The notes below the pieces were generated by a model. That model made no database searches. It had not been told where the DNA came from and saw only the letters and a list, made by a program, of their open reading frames with translations. Below are positions 42,730 through 52,502 of a stretch of 59,428 nucleotides of DNA, one piece after another; position 1 is the first letter of the stretch; each line of letters opens with the position of its first letter. The stretch spans positions 1 to 59,428 of the forward strand of contig CAZPQW010000021.1 of assembly GCA_964588985.1 (NCBI GenBank). Direction: 5' to 3'. Made by a program: the position numbers and the translations under genes. The DNA is from an uncultured Solirubrobacteraceae bacterium (GTDB taxonomy: Bacteria; Actinomycetota; Thermoleophilia; Solirubrobacterales; Solirubrobacteraceae).

Positions 42730-45249
42730 ATGGTGGAGATTTGGACGCGGAAGCGGACCCGGCTTCTGATCGCGCTCGCGGTGGGCGGCTTTGTGCTGAC
42801 CGCCGCGGCACAGGCGAGTGCGGCGGGCACACTCACGTGGTCGGCGCCGCAGCTTGTCGATCACGAACCGCCGTTTGCTCAGACGATCGGACTCGATGCC
42901 GTGTCGTGCCCCTCGGCTTCGCTTTGTGTCGCCGTGGGTGGGGGGGATGTGGCTGCGTCGACGAACCCGACCGGCGGCCTAGCCGATTGGCATTCGGACG
43001 TTGTTTTTCGTGGGCCCCACCCCGCCGAGTACCTGGGCGCAGTGTCGTGCGCATCGGCGAGCCTGTGCGTGGCGGGCGGAGCGCTCACTGGTCTTGTGAT
43101 CTCAACGAACCCGGCCGGCGGGCGGAACGCATGGCGCCAAACGGTTCCGCTGCCGGCGAGCGATGTGACAGGGGTGTCCTGTCCCTCTGTGCACCTGTGC
43201 GTCGCTGTCGCCACCGGTGAGGCGTCGGGCACGGTTCCATCCGGCGGCTACGTTCTGAGCTCGACTGATCCGACGGGCGGCCCAGGTGCCTGGAAGATTG
43301 CGGCGGTCGAGCGGCGGCCCGGCGGCCTTACGAGCGTGTCATGCCCGTCGACTTCGCTGTGCGTGGCCGGCGATGTATTCGGCAACGTCGTCACTTCGAC
43401 CGACCCTACGGGCGGCGTGAGCGCCTGGCAGTCCACGACGGTCGAGCACGAACCCGACTTCGCGCTCCACGGTCTACGAAGGATGTCCTGCCCTTCCGCG
43501 GCGCTGTGTGTCGCCGTCGATGACACAGGCAATGTCCTGACCTCGACCGACCCCACGCGCGGCACGCAGGCGTGGACGGTCACCGCGAATGTCGGTGGGG
43601 TGGGACACATCCAGGGCGTGTCCTGCGCGTCGACAACGCTGTGCGTTGGGGTCGCTGGACCCTCGGGAGATGTCGTGGCCTCGACCGACCCCACCGGCGG
43701 TGCGAGCGCATGGACGCCCTTCGCCGTTGACCGCATTACAGGACCCGCACCATCGAAAGAAGAAATCGGGCCGAACGACTTGTCGTGTCCGTCAGCGTCA
43801 CTCTGCGTTGCCGTCGATGGCGACGGGAACGCCGTCACTTCGACCGCGCCGCTCGCTGGGGCGGGCACGTGGTCGGTGCAGCGGGCCGTAGATGGAGTCA
43901 ACAGCCTTACCAGCCTCTCCTGCCCCTCGACATCGCTGTGCGTAGCGGTCGACAATGCCGGACACATCGTGACTACGACGGACCCGCTCGCCGGGACGGG
44001 TGCATGGACGGCGAGCGAGATCGACCCCGGCCACTCGCTGCTCGGCGTGTCCTGCCCATCGGGCAATCTGTGTGTAGCGGCTGACGACGCAGGCAACATC
44101 CTCGCCTCGACGAACCCAACGGACCCTGCTGGCTGGGCTGTTGCCGATGTGGACAGCACCCACAGCGTGAACGGGATCTCCTGCCCCTCGACCTCGTTGT
44201 GCGTAGCGGTCGACGACGACGGGAACGCGATCACCTCCACAGACCCCGCAGGCGGGGCGAGCACGTGGACTGTCGCCGATCTATTCGGAGTGGGCGCTCA
44301 GGGCGGTCGGGAAGGAGGAGGCTACTTCTACGACGTGTCATGCGCATCGGCCTCCCTCTGTTTCGCGACTGCGAACGGGCAGATCGTGACCTCGACAAAT
44401 CCGACCGGTGGAGCAGGCGCATGGAAAGCGACGGCACTCAACGGCTTCCACGTTTCCTGTCCCTCGTCGTTGCAATGTTTCGCCGCCAGCGACGCCGGGC
44501 TCCTCACGAGCAGCGACCCCGCCGGCCCCACTCCGACATGGACGATGGCGCACGCCGAGCTCGGATTCCCCTGTGCTGCGAACATTCTCGCCGACCCCTG
44601 CGGGACGTTGCCGTTCACCGGCGGGGAGGTGGCAGTCCAAGACGTTTCGTGCCCATCGGCGACATTCTGTGCAGGCATCAGCCCACGCGGCTTTGCGTCC
44701 ACCTCGGTCGCTCTCTCTCATGTGGGGGATTGGACGGCCACCAACGTCAATGACCCCGCCGGCCCGTTCCCGGTGTCGTGCCCATCCACGTCGCTGTGCG
44801 TCGCAGTCGATACGGCCGGCGACGCCCTAATCGGCTCCCCCGTCGTACCCGACGCCACTGGCTATATCGGCACCGCCAGCCTGGGGCGCGCAATCGTCCG
44901 TATGGGTACCGCGCGAAGGCCCGTGAGGTGCGCTGGCGCGGTCGTCGCGACCTGCCGCGTCAAGCTGGTGCTGACTGCCACCGAGACGTTCATCCGCCGC
45001 AGGCAGGTCGGCGCGATCGCCACCACAGTCACGGCAAGGCGAAAGGTCACCATCGGCGCGGCGACCGTCGCGCTCACCGCCGGTCGCGCCAAGACCGCCT
45101 CGGTCAAGCTCAACCGCGCCGGCCGGCATCTGCTCTCAACTCGCCGCCGGTTTCCAGCGATCCTCACTGCCACACAGTCGTGGCTGGGCGGGTACGCCAT
45201 TCCCCTGCCCAAGCAGACGATCACGCTCAAGGCATCCCGCAAGAGATAG
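42730..45249 (+). CDS. Secreted Cys-repeat protein (14 SC[PA]SxxxC repeats, probable beta-propeller)
   Basis: Signal peptide ending AQASA; 14 repeats, consensus VSCPSxSLCVAVDxxG..STxPTGG..W; basic C-terminal VKLNRAGRHLL domain. Confidence 0.82.
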   Translation: MVEIWTRKRTRLLIALAVGGFVLTAAAQASAAGTLTWSAPQLVDHEPPFAQTIGLDAVSCPSASLCVAVGGGDVAASTNPTGGLADWHSDVVFRGPHPAEYLGAVSCASASLCVAGGALTGLVISTNPAGGRNAWRQTVPLPASDVTGVSCPSVHLCVAVATGEASGTVPSGGYVLSSTDPTGGPGAWKIAAVERRPGGLTSVSCPSTSLCVAGDVFGNVVTSTDPTGGVSAWQSTTVEHEPDFALHGLRRMSCPSAALCVAVDDTGNVLTSTDPTRGTQAWTVTANVGGVGHIQGVSCASTTLCVGVAGPSGDVVASTDPTGGASAWTPFAVDRITGPAPSKEEIGPNDLSCPSASLCVAVDGDGNAVTSTAPLAGAGTWSVQRAVDGVNSLTSLSCPSTSLCVAVDNAGHIVTTTDPLAGTGAWTASEIDPGHSLLGVSCPSGNLCVAADDAGNILASTNPTDPAGWAVADVDSTHSVNGISCPSTSLCVAVDDDGNAITSTDPAGGASTWTVADLFGVGAQGGREGGGYFYDVSCASASLCFATANGQIVTSTNPTGGAGAWKATALNGFHVSCPSSLQCFAASDAGLLTSSDPAGPTPTWTMAHAELGFPCAANILADPCGTLPFTGGEVAVQDVSCPSATFCAGISPRGFASTSVALSHVGDWTATNVNDPAGPFPVSCPSTSLCVAVDTAGDALIGSPVVPDATGYIGTASLGRAIVRMGTARRPVRCAGAVVATCRVKLVLTATETFIRRRQVGAIATTVTARRKVTIGAATVALTAGRAKTASVKLNRAGRHLLSTRRRFPAILTATQSWLGGYAIPLPKQTITLKASRKR

Positions 45250-45453
45250 CGAGCCTTGTGTGCGTGTCAAGCTCGCGCTGCCCGGGAGTCTCCTCCGGTC
45301 GCGCGAGCCGCCTCCGCGATCACGCCCCGCAAGTGCTCGTCCTTACACGTAGCAACCCGAGTGTGCCGTGAGATCGCGCTCCAGCAACAGGGCAGCGACC
45401 TGAAGGGTGCGTTTGAGCAAGGGGAAACCATCGCGTCCAATAACCTGCCTGCC

Positions 45454-46224
45454 ATGAAGGCGGTCATCCTGGCGGGAGGCTTCGGCTCGCGGCTCAGCGA
45501 GGAGACCGCCGTGCGCCCCAAGCCGATGGTGGACATCGGCGGCAAACCGATCCTGTGGCACATCATGAAGATCTACGCCGCCCACGGGATCGATGAGTTC
45601 GTGATCTGCCTCGGCTACAAGGGCTACCTCATCAAGGAGTACTTCGCCAACTACTACCTGCACACGTGCGACGTGTCCTTCGACCTCGTAAAGGGAAACA
45701 TGGAGATCCACCGCTCGGAGACCGAGCCGTGGAAGGTCACGCTCGTGGACACCGGTGAGGACACCATGACCGGGGGGCGCCTGCAGCGCGTGCTGCCGTA
45801 CCTCGGGGACGAGGACTTCTGCTTCACCTACGGCGACGGCGTGGGCGACGTGGACATCACCGCGCTGATCGCCTTCCACCACGAGCAGGGCGCCAGCGCG
45901 ACCGTTACCGCCGTGCAGCCGCCCGGCCGCTTCGGCGCTCTCGACGTCGACGGTGAGCGTGTTCGCCAGTTCGAGGAGAAGCCTCGCGGCGACGGCGGCT
46001 GGACGAACGGGGGCTTCTTCGTGCTCTCGCCGGCCGTAGCCAAGTACCTCGGGGGACCGCAGACCGTCTGGGAGGAGGGGCCGATGCGCTCGCTGGCGCG
46101 AGAGGGCCAGCTGGCGTGCTACCGCCATGACGGCTTCTGGCAGGCGATGGACACTCTGCGTGACCGCAACCACCTCCAGGAGCTGTGGAGCTCCGGCGCC
46201 GCGCCGTGGCGTACGTGGGCCTGA
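45454..46224 (+). CDS. rfbF: Glucose-1-phosphate cytidylyltransferase
   Basis: [49 protein letters not shown]. Confidence 0.95.
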   Translation: MKAVILAGGFGSRLSEETAVRPKPMVDIGGKPILWHIMKIYAAHGIDEFVICLGYKGYLIKEYFANYYLHTCDVSFDLVKGNMEIHRSETEPWKVTLVDTGEDTMTGGRLQRVLPYLGDEDFCFTYGDGVGDVDITALIAFHHEQGASATVTAVQPPGRFGALDVDGERVRQFEEKPRGDGGWTNGGFFVLSPAVAKYLGGPQTVWEEGPMRSLAREGQLACYRHDGFWQAMDTLRDRNHLQELWSSGAAPWRTWA

Positions 46225-46231
46225 CACGACT

Positions 46232-47332
46232 ATGAACGCCCAGGACCAAGCCCAGCCCGTCGCGGTCGATCCCGCCTTCTGGCGAGATCGCCGAGTGCTG
46301 CTCACCGGCCACACCGGCTTCAAGGGCGCCTGGCTCGCGCTGTGGCTGCAGTCGCTCGGCGCGCACGTCACGGGGTTCTCGAACGGCGTGCCAACCGAGC
46401 CGTCGCTGTACGAGCTCGCGCGCGTCGGCGAGGGCATGGACAGCGTGCACGGAGACGTGCGCGACCACGACGCCGTCGCCAACGCAGTCGCAGACGCGGC
46501 GCCCGAGGTGGTCATCCACATGGCCGCCCAGTCGCTCGTGCGCCGCTCCTTCGCCGAACCTCGCGAGACGTACGCGACCAACGTGATGGGCACCGTCAAC
46601 GTGCTCGACGCCGTGCGCCTGGTCGGCGGCGACGTGCGCGCGGTGGTCAACGTGACATCCGACAAGTGCTACGAGAACCGCGAGTGGGAGTGGGGCTACC
46701 GCGAGCACGAGCCGATGGGCGGGCACGATCCCTACTCCAGCTCCAAGGGCGCCGCCGAGCTCGTCACCACAGCCTTCGCGCGCTCGTTCTTCTCCGAGCC
46801 GGACGGTCCGCGTCTCGCCTCCGGCCGCGCGGGCAACGTGATCGGTGGCGGCGACTGGGGCGAGGACCGCCTCGTGCCGGACCTCATGCGCGCTGCGCTC
46901 GCCGACCGAGAGGCGCGCATCCGCAATCCCAACTCGATCCGCCCGTGGCAACACGTGATCAACCCGCTCAGCGGCTATCTCGTGCTCGCACAGGCGCTGT
47001 GGCGCTCGCCCGAGTACGCGCAGGGCTGGAACTTCGGACCTGTCGAAGAGGACGCCCGCCCCGTCGGCTGGATCGTGCACCGCATGAGCGAGCTGTGGCC
47101 CGGGAAGCTGCACTGGGCGCTCGACGACGGGCCGCACCCACACGAGGCGCGCTACCTCAAGCTCGACTCCTCGCTCGCGCGAGCCCGCCTCGGCTGGCGT
47201 CCGCTCGTGGCTCTCGACGAGACGCTCGGCAGCATCGTCGACTGGTATCGCGCGCTCGGCGATCAAGCAGACATGCGGGCGGTCACCCTCAGGCAGATCG
47301 AGGCCTTTGGGTACGCTGCCACCTCGCCATGA
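46232..47332 (+). CDS. rfbG: CDP-glucose 4,6-dehydratase
   Basis: TGHTGFKGAWL, HMAAQSLV, TSDKCY, DPYSSSK, RAGNVIGGGD, RPWQHV. Confidence 0.95.
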   Translation: MNAQDQAQPVAVDPAFWRDRRVLLTGHTGFKGAWLALWLQSLGAHVTGFSNGVPTEPSLYELARVGEGMDSVHGDVRDHDAVANAVADAAPEVVIHMAAQSLVRRSFAEPRETYATNVMGTVNVLDAVRLVGGDVRAVVNVTSDKCYENREWEWGYREHEPMGGHDPYSSSKGAAELVTTAFARSFFSEPDGPRLASGRAGNVIGGGDWGEDRLVPDLMRAALADREARIRNPNSIRPWQHVINPLSGYLVLAQALWRSPEYAQGWNFGPVEEDARPVGWIVHRMSELWPGKLHWALDDGPHPHEARYLKLDSSLARARLGWRPLVALDETLGSIVDWYRALGDQADMRAVTLRQIEAFGYAATSP

Positions 47333-48558
47333 GCCAGACCGCCTGCCGATTCTGCGCCGCACCCGTCGAGGCCGTGTTCGCCGACCTCGGCATGTCGCCG
47401 CTCGCCAACTCATACCTGCCGCCCGAGCGCGCCAACTCCATGGAGCCGTTCTATCCACTGCGCGCGCTCGTCTGTGAGAAGTGCTTCCTCGTGCAGCTCG
47501 AGGAGTTCGAGACACCCGAGCAGATCTTCTCCGACTACGCGTACTTCTCCTCGTACTCCTCCAGCTGGCTCGATCACAGCCGCCGCTACTCCGAGCAGAT
47601 GATCGCGCGCCTCGGCCTCGACGAGACCAGCCACGTGGTGGAGATCGCCTCCAACGACGGCTATCTGCTGCAGTTCTTCCACGAACGCCAGATCCCCGTG
47701 CTCGGGATCGAGCCGGCGGCCAACGTGGCGAAGGTCGCGCTGCAGAAGGGCATCCCCACGCTCGTCGAGTTCTTCGGACGGGAGACCGCCAGCTCGCTCG
47801 CCGGCGAGTCCTCGGCGGACCTTCTGCTGGGCAACAACGTCCTCGCCCACGTACCCGACCTCAACGACTTCGTCGCGGGCATGAAGATCCTGCTCAGCCC
47901 CACCGGCGTGATCACCATGGAGTTCCCCCACCTGCTGCGGCTGATGGCCGACAACCAGTGGGACACCATCTACCACGAGCACTTCTCCTACTTCTCCTTC
48001 CTCACCGTCAGCCGCGTCTTCGAGGCCCACGGCCTGCGCGTGTTCGACGTCGAGGAGCTGCCCACCCACGGCGGCTCGCTGCGCATCTACGGCGCCCACG
48101 CCGACGATCCGAGCAAGCCCGAGACCGATGCCGCACGCGAGCTGCTCGAGCGCGAGCGTGCAGCCGGCTACGAGAGCCTCGACACCTACCTCGGCTACGG
48201 GCGCCGCGTGGAGGCCGACAAGCGCCAGATCCTCAGCTTCCTCATCGGCCTCAAGGAGCAGGGCCTGCGGGTCGTCGGCTACGGCGCGCCCGCGAAGGGC
48301 AACACGCTGCTCAACTACTGCGGCGTGGGAGTCGACTTCATCGACTACACCTGCGATCTCAACCCGCACAAGCAGGGGCACTTCCTCCCGGGAAGCCACA
48401 TACCGATCCGCGCGCCGGAGGCGATCCTAAAAGACAAACCCGACGTGGTGCTGATCCTGCCGTGGAACCTCAAGGACGAGATCGTGCAGCAGCTGAGCTT
48501 CATCGGCGAGTGGGGCGGACGGTTCGCGGCACGCACGCCGGAGCTCAAGCTGCTCTGA
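47329..48558 (+). CDS. NDP-hexose C-methyltransferase (class I SAM, zinc-binding N-domain)
   Basis: CRFC..CEKC, EIASNDGYLL, NNVLAHVP, DTIYHEH, HGGSLR, YGAPAKGNT. Confidence 0.9.
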   Translation: MSQTACRFCAAPVEAVFADLGMSPLANSYLPPERANSMEPFYPLRALVCEKCFLVQLEEFETPEQIFSDYAYFSSYSSSWLDHSRRYSEQMIARLGLDETSHVVEIASNDGYLLQFFHERQIPVLGIEPAANVAKVALQKGIPTLVEFFGRETASSLAGESSADLLLGNNVLAHVPDLNDFVAGMKILLSPTGVITMEFPHLLRLMADNQWDTIYHEHFSYFSFLTVSRVFEAHGLRVFDVEELPTHGGSLRIYGAHADDPSKPETDAARELLERERAAGYESLDTYLGYGRRVEADKRQILSFLIGLKEQGLRVVGYGAPAKGNTLLNYCGVGVDFIDYTCDLNPHKQGHFLPGSHIPIRAPEAILKDKPDVVLILPWNLKDEIVQQLSFIGEWGGRFAARTPELKLL

Positions 48559-49094
48559 TGCGGTTCCTGCAGACGCCGCTGCCAGGGGCCTGGGTCGTCG
48601 AGCTCGACCTCCTCGGCGACGAGCGGGGCTGGTTCGCGCGGACGTTCGACGAAGACGAGTTCCGCGCCCGCGGGATGAACCCCGACGTGGTGCAGTGCAA
48701 CGCGTCGTTCAACGCCAAGCGCGACACGATCCGCGGCATGCACTTCCAGGCCGATCCCCACGGCGAGTCGAAGCTCGTGCGCTGCGTGCGCGGCGCGATC
48801 TTCGACGTCGCCGTCGACCTGCGAGCCGACTCGCCAACCCACCGCTCGTGGCACGGCGTCGAGCTGAGCGCGGAGAACCGACGCGCGTTCTACATCCCCG
48901 CGGGGCTCGCCCACGGCTTCCAGACGCTCACCGACGAATGCGAGGTGCTCTACCAGATGGGCAACCCATACGTGCCCGACGCCGCCCGCGGCGTGCGCTT
49001 CGACGACCCCGCGTTCGGCATCGAGTGGCCGCCGCCACACGGTGCGCTCACGATCTCCGACAGGGACCGCTCCTACCCGGACCACAGCCCGTGA
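48558..49094 (+). CDS. rfbC: NDP-4-keto-6-deoxyhexose 3,5-epimerase (RmlC family)
   Basis: DERGWF, RGMHFQ, KLVRCVRGAIFDVAVDLR, AHGFQTL; TGATG overlap. Confidence 0.9.
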   Translation: MRFLQTPLPGAWVVELDLLGDERGWFARTFDEDEFRARGMNPDVVQCNASFNAKRDTIRGMHFQADPHGESKLVRCVRGAIFDVAVDLRADSPTHRSWHGVELSAENRRAFYIPAGLAHGFQTLTDECEVLYQMGNPYVPDAARGVRFDDPAFGIEWPPPHGALTISDRDRSYPDHSP

Positions 49095-49996
49095 GCCGCG
49101 TGCTGCTCACAGGCGCGAGCGGCCTCCTCGGGCGCCACGCGCTGAGCGCTCTCACGAACGCCGGCCACGAGGTTCACGCGGTCGCGCGAAAGGCCGGCGC
49201 GGACATCTCCGGAGTGAGCTGGCACGTCGCCGATCTGACCGACCCGTCCGCCGCGGAGGCGGTCGTCGGAGAGGTCGCGGCTGAGCGCCTCCTGCACCTC
49301 GCGTGGTACGTCGAGCACGGCCTGTACTGGCAGGCGCCCGAGAACGTCGTGTGGGTCGAGGCCACCCTTCGCCTGCTGCGAGCGTTCGTCGTCGCGGGCG
49401 GACGTCGCGCGGTGCTCGCGGGCACGTGCGCGGAGTACGACTGGTCGCACGAGCACGAGCTCTACGACGAGCGCCACACGCCGCTCGAGCCGGCGACGAT
49501 GTACGGCGTCGCCAAGCACGCCACCCACCTCGTCGCGGAGCGCTTCGCCGCCAACTCCGGGATCGAGCTCGCGTGGGGCCGGATCTTCATGCCCTACGGC
49601 CCGGGCGAGGGCCACACACGGCTCGTGCCGAGCGTAATTCGCGCGCTGCTCGCCGGCGAGGAGGCGCCCGTGTCCGACGGCGCGCAGGAGCGTGACTTCA
49701 TGTACGTCGAGGATGTCGCCGGCGCGTTCGCGGCGATCCTCGACAGCGACGCGCGGGGCGCGATCAACGTCGCGTCTGGCCGTTGCTGCACGATCCGCGA
49801 CATGGTCGCACTGGTAGCCGAGACCGTCGGTCGGCCCGAGCTCGTGCGCTGGGGCGCCGTCCCCACGCGCCCCGGTGACCCGGGCCGGCTGGTCGCGGAC
49901 GTGCGCAGGCTGCGCGAGGAGGTCGGCTTCGCCGCGCGCGTGGAGCTGGCGGACGGGGTCAGCCGCACGGTGGATTGGTGGCGGGGCCACTCGTGA
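49091..49996 (+). CDS. NAD-dependent epimerase/4-ketoreductase (extended SDR)
   Basis: GTG 49091; TGASGLLG, HLAW, GTCAEY, YGVAK, RDFMYVED. Confidence 0.88.
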   Translation: MSRVLLTGASGLLGRHALSALTNAGHEVHAVARKAGADISGVSWHVADLTDPSAAEAVVGEVAAERLLHLAWYVEHGLYWQAPENVVWVEATLRLLRAFVVAGGRRAVLAGTCAEYDWSHEHELYDERHTPLEPATMYGVAKHATHLVAERFAANSGIELAWGRIFMPYGPGEGHTRLVPSVIRALLAGEEAPVSDGAQERDFMYVEDVAGAFAAILDSDARGAINVASGRCCTIRDMVALVAETVGRPELVRWGAVPTRPGDPGRLVADVRRLREEVGFAARVELADGVSRTVDWWRGHS

Positions 49997-51516
49997 TCGA
50001 CCCGGGCGAGCCCTCGGGACGCGCGCCACGGACATCCACAGGACTGGTCGACGCCGAGGTCGACCTGCTCGACACCCACGAGGCCGGTCCCGCCGCGATG
50101 CGCGGCAGCGTCCTGCGGATCGCCTCCTACGTACTCAGCATCCTGCTCTCGCTGATCTCGGCGCGCGTGCTGATCACCCACCTCGGCCTGCCGAAGTTCG
50201 GCCGCTACACGCTCGTCACCGCGCTAGTCACGATCGTCAGCGGCTTCACCGAGGGAGGCCTCAACAGCGTGGTGATGCGCGAGTTCGCCACTGCCGACGC
50301 CGAGCGCAGGCGCGAGATGATGGCCTCCGCGGTCGGCATGCGGCTCGTGCTCACGGCCGTCGGGGTCGCGTTCGCGGTCGCCTTCGCCGCGATCGGCGGC
50401 TACGGCTCCACGCTCGTCGTCGGCACCGCCCTCGCGGGCATCGGCCTCATGTTCCAGCTGCTGCAGAGCACGCTCGCGGTGACCCTGCAGGCGCAGCTGC
50501 GCTTCGGATGGGTCTCGGCGGCGGAAATCCTGCGCCAGGCCGTGAACGTGGGGCTGCTGGTCGTGCTCGCGCTCTCCGGAGCCGGCCTCATCCCGCTGCT
50601 CGCGGTGGCGGTACCGGCCTCGGCGGTCTCGCTCGCGGTGACCATCCCGCTCGTGCGTCCCTACGTGGCGCTGCGCCCGTCCTTCCACGCGGGGCACTGG
50701 TGGCGGCTGCTGCGCGAGACGATCCCGTGGGCGGTGATCGCCGCGGTCAGCGTCGTGTACTTCCGCATCGCGTACGTGCTCATGTCGCTGATCTCCAGCG
50801 AACTGCAGACCGGCTACTTCGCGACGTCCTTCCGCATCAGCGAAGTGCTGCTCGGGATCCCCAACGTGATCGTCATCGCCGCCTTCCCGATCCTCGCTCG
50901 CGCCGAGCGCGAGGACTCCGCGCGCTTCGAGTTCGCCAGCGGGCGCATCTTCGAGCTCGCGCTCGTAGCGGGCACGCTGCTGGTGATGTGCCTCGAGGTC
51001 GGCGCGGGCTTCGCGATCCACGTGATCGCCGGCGCCAAAGGGGACCCCGCGATCTCCGTGCTGCGCATCCAGGGGCTCGCGCTGATCGCGAGCTTCGTCG
51101 CGGTCGCGTGCGGATACCCGCTGCTGATGCTCCGCCGCTTCCGGGACGTGCTGCTTTCGAACCTGATCGCGCTCGTGCTCTCCGCCGTGCTCACGCTCAG
51201 CCTCGCCCCCGGGCTCGGCGCCCGCGGCACCGCGATCGCGGCGCTCGTCGCGGAGATCGGGCTCGCTGCGAGCCAGGTGATCATGCTCAAGCGAGTCGCG
51301 CCCGGCGTGCGCGTGCCCCTCGCGAGCATGGTGGCGGTCGCGTTCGCCGGCGGGGCCGGCGCTCTGGCCGGGCTGGCGCTGCCGATCCACCCCATCTTCG
51401 GAGCGCTCGTCGCGTGCGTCGTGTACGTCGGCGCGCTGCGCCTGCTGGGGCGCCTGCCGGCCGAGGTGGGCGAGCTGCTGGGCGGCCTGCCCCGCAGGGG
51501 CTCGCGGCCGAGCTAG
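49993..51516 (+). CDS. Oligosaccharide flippase (Wzx / MOP family)
   Basis: About 12-14 TM segments, FGRYTLV, within sugar-nucleotide operon. Confidence 0.82.
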   Translation: MIDPGEPSGRAPRTSTGLVDAEVDLLDTHEAGPAAMRGSVLRIASYVLSILLSLISARVLITHLGLPKFGRYTLVTALVTIVSGFTEGGLNSVVMREFATADAERRREMMASAVGMRLVLTAVGVAFAVAFAAIGGYGSTLVVGTALAGIGLMFQLLQSTLAVTLQAQLRFGWVSAAEILRQAVNVGLLVVLALSGAGLIPLLAVAVPASAVSLAVTIPLVRPYVALRPSFHAGHWWRLLRETIPWAVIAAVSVVYFRIAYVLMSLISSELQTGYFATSFRISEVLLGIPNVIVIAAFPILARAEREDSARFEFASGRIFELALVAGTLLVMCLEVGAGFAIHVIAGAKGDPAISVLRIQGLALIASFVAVACGYPLLMLRRFRDVLLSNLIALVLSAVLTLSLAPGLGARGTAIAALVAEIGLAASQVIMLKRVAPGVRVPLASMVAVAFAGGAGALAGLALPIHPIFGALVACVVYVGALRLLGRLPAEVGELLGGLPRRGSRPS

Positions 51517-52502
51517 TCGCCGCCGCCGCCCGATCTCACGATCGCCTCCAGCGCGCGCAGCCCGATGCGTCGTCGCGCCTGCACCTCGCGGCGCTTGCGC
51601 AGCAGACTTGGGAGGGCTCGAAGCGCGTCGCGCCACACGCGCAGCCAGACGCCGAGCTTGCGATCGCGCACCGCCACCGCCAGGTTCGCGAGCTGGCCGA
51701 GCACCAGCTGGTGGCCGTGGCGCAGCAGCGCTCCCGCGGGGAGGTCCTTGGCGATCACCCACAGCCCGTTGCGCCACAGGTGGTAGCGGGTGAAGTCCGA
51801 CAGGCCGCGCCCGATCGTCGCGCTGCCCATGTGGTAGACCACCGCGGTCGGCACGTAGCGGCAGATGAAGCCCGCGAGCTGGGCGCGCAGGTTCCAGTCC
51901 ACGTCCTCGTAGAAGGCGAAGAAGTCCTCGTCGAACTCCCCGACCGCCGCGAACACGCCGCGTCGGTAGACCGCCGCGCCGCCACACGCCCCGAAGATCT
52001 CACGCGGCTCGTCGTACTGGCCACGGTCCGGCTCGCCGTGCCCGCGCCGGTGGCCCAGCCACGTCCAGGTGAAAACGTCGCCCGCGCCGTCGAGCAGCTT
52101 GCGACGCTCGAAGTCCCTCAGCTTCGCCCCCACCCAGCCGGCCTCCGGATGCGACGCCAGCGCGCCCACCATCTCCCCGAGGCAGTCGGGCTCGAGCTCC
52201 AGGTCGTTGTTGAACAGGCCAACCAGCTCGCCGCGACCGGCCCGCGCGCACACGTTCAACGCGGCCGTCACGCCGACGTTCTCCGGCAGCGACACGACCT
52301 CGATCCCGGGCCAGTGCTCGCGCAGCCAGGCCGCCGTGTCGTCGCGCGAGCCGTTGTCCACCACCACCACCTCGAAGTCGCGGAAGCGCTGCGCCGCGAG
52401 CGACGGCAGGATCGTCTCGAGCAGGTGGCGCCCGTCGTAGGAGAGCACCGCGACGGTCAGCAGCGGAACGTCATGCGCGGGCGTAGGCGATGATGCGCTC
52501 AT
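51513..52502 (-). CDS. Glycosyltransferase family 2
   Basis: VVVDNGSRD, NNDLE, FFAFYEDVDW, VYH. Confidence 0.9.
   Translation of the reverse strand: MSASSPTPAHDVPLLTVAVLSYDGRHLLETILPSLAAQRFRDFEVVVVDNGSRDDTAAWLREHWPGIEVVSLPENVGVTAALNVCARAGRGELVGLFNNDLELEPDCLGEMVGALASHPEAGWVGAKLRDFERRKLLDGAGDVFTWTWLGHRRGHGEPDRGQYDEPREIFGACGGAAVYRRGVFAAVGEFDEDFFAFYEDVDWNLRAQLAGFICRYVPTAVVYHMGSATIGRGLSDFTRYHLWRNGLWVIAKDLPAGALLRHGHQLVLGQLANLAVAVRDRKLGVWLRVWRDALRALPSLLRKRREVQARRRIGLRALEAIVRSGGGGD

Noticed and set aside
42890-44820. Periodic repeats as CRISPR array or DGR template
   Set aside because: Repeats are protein-level, diverged at synonymous sites and in frame; no cas or reverse transcriptase gene in the window
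45250-45453. 200-bp intergenic region as ncRNA
   Set aside because: Only an imperfect hairpin after the stop codon; no recognisable RNA family motif
49875-52493. 872-aa plus-strand ORF, and similar long ORFs at 11188-13524, 18012-19979, 25987-28344, 36220-37893
   Set aside because: Arg/Ala/Pro-rich shadow frames overlapping well-supported genes; expected in high-GC DNA
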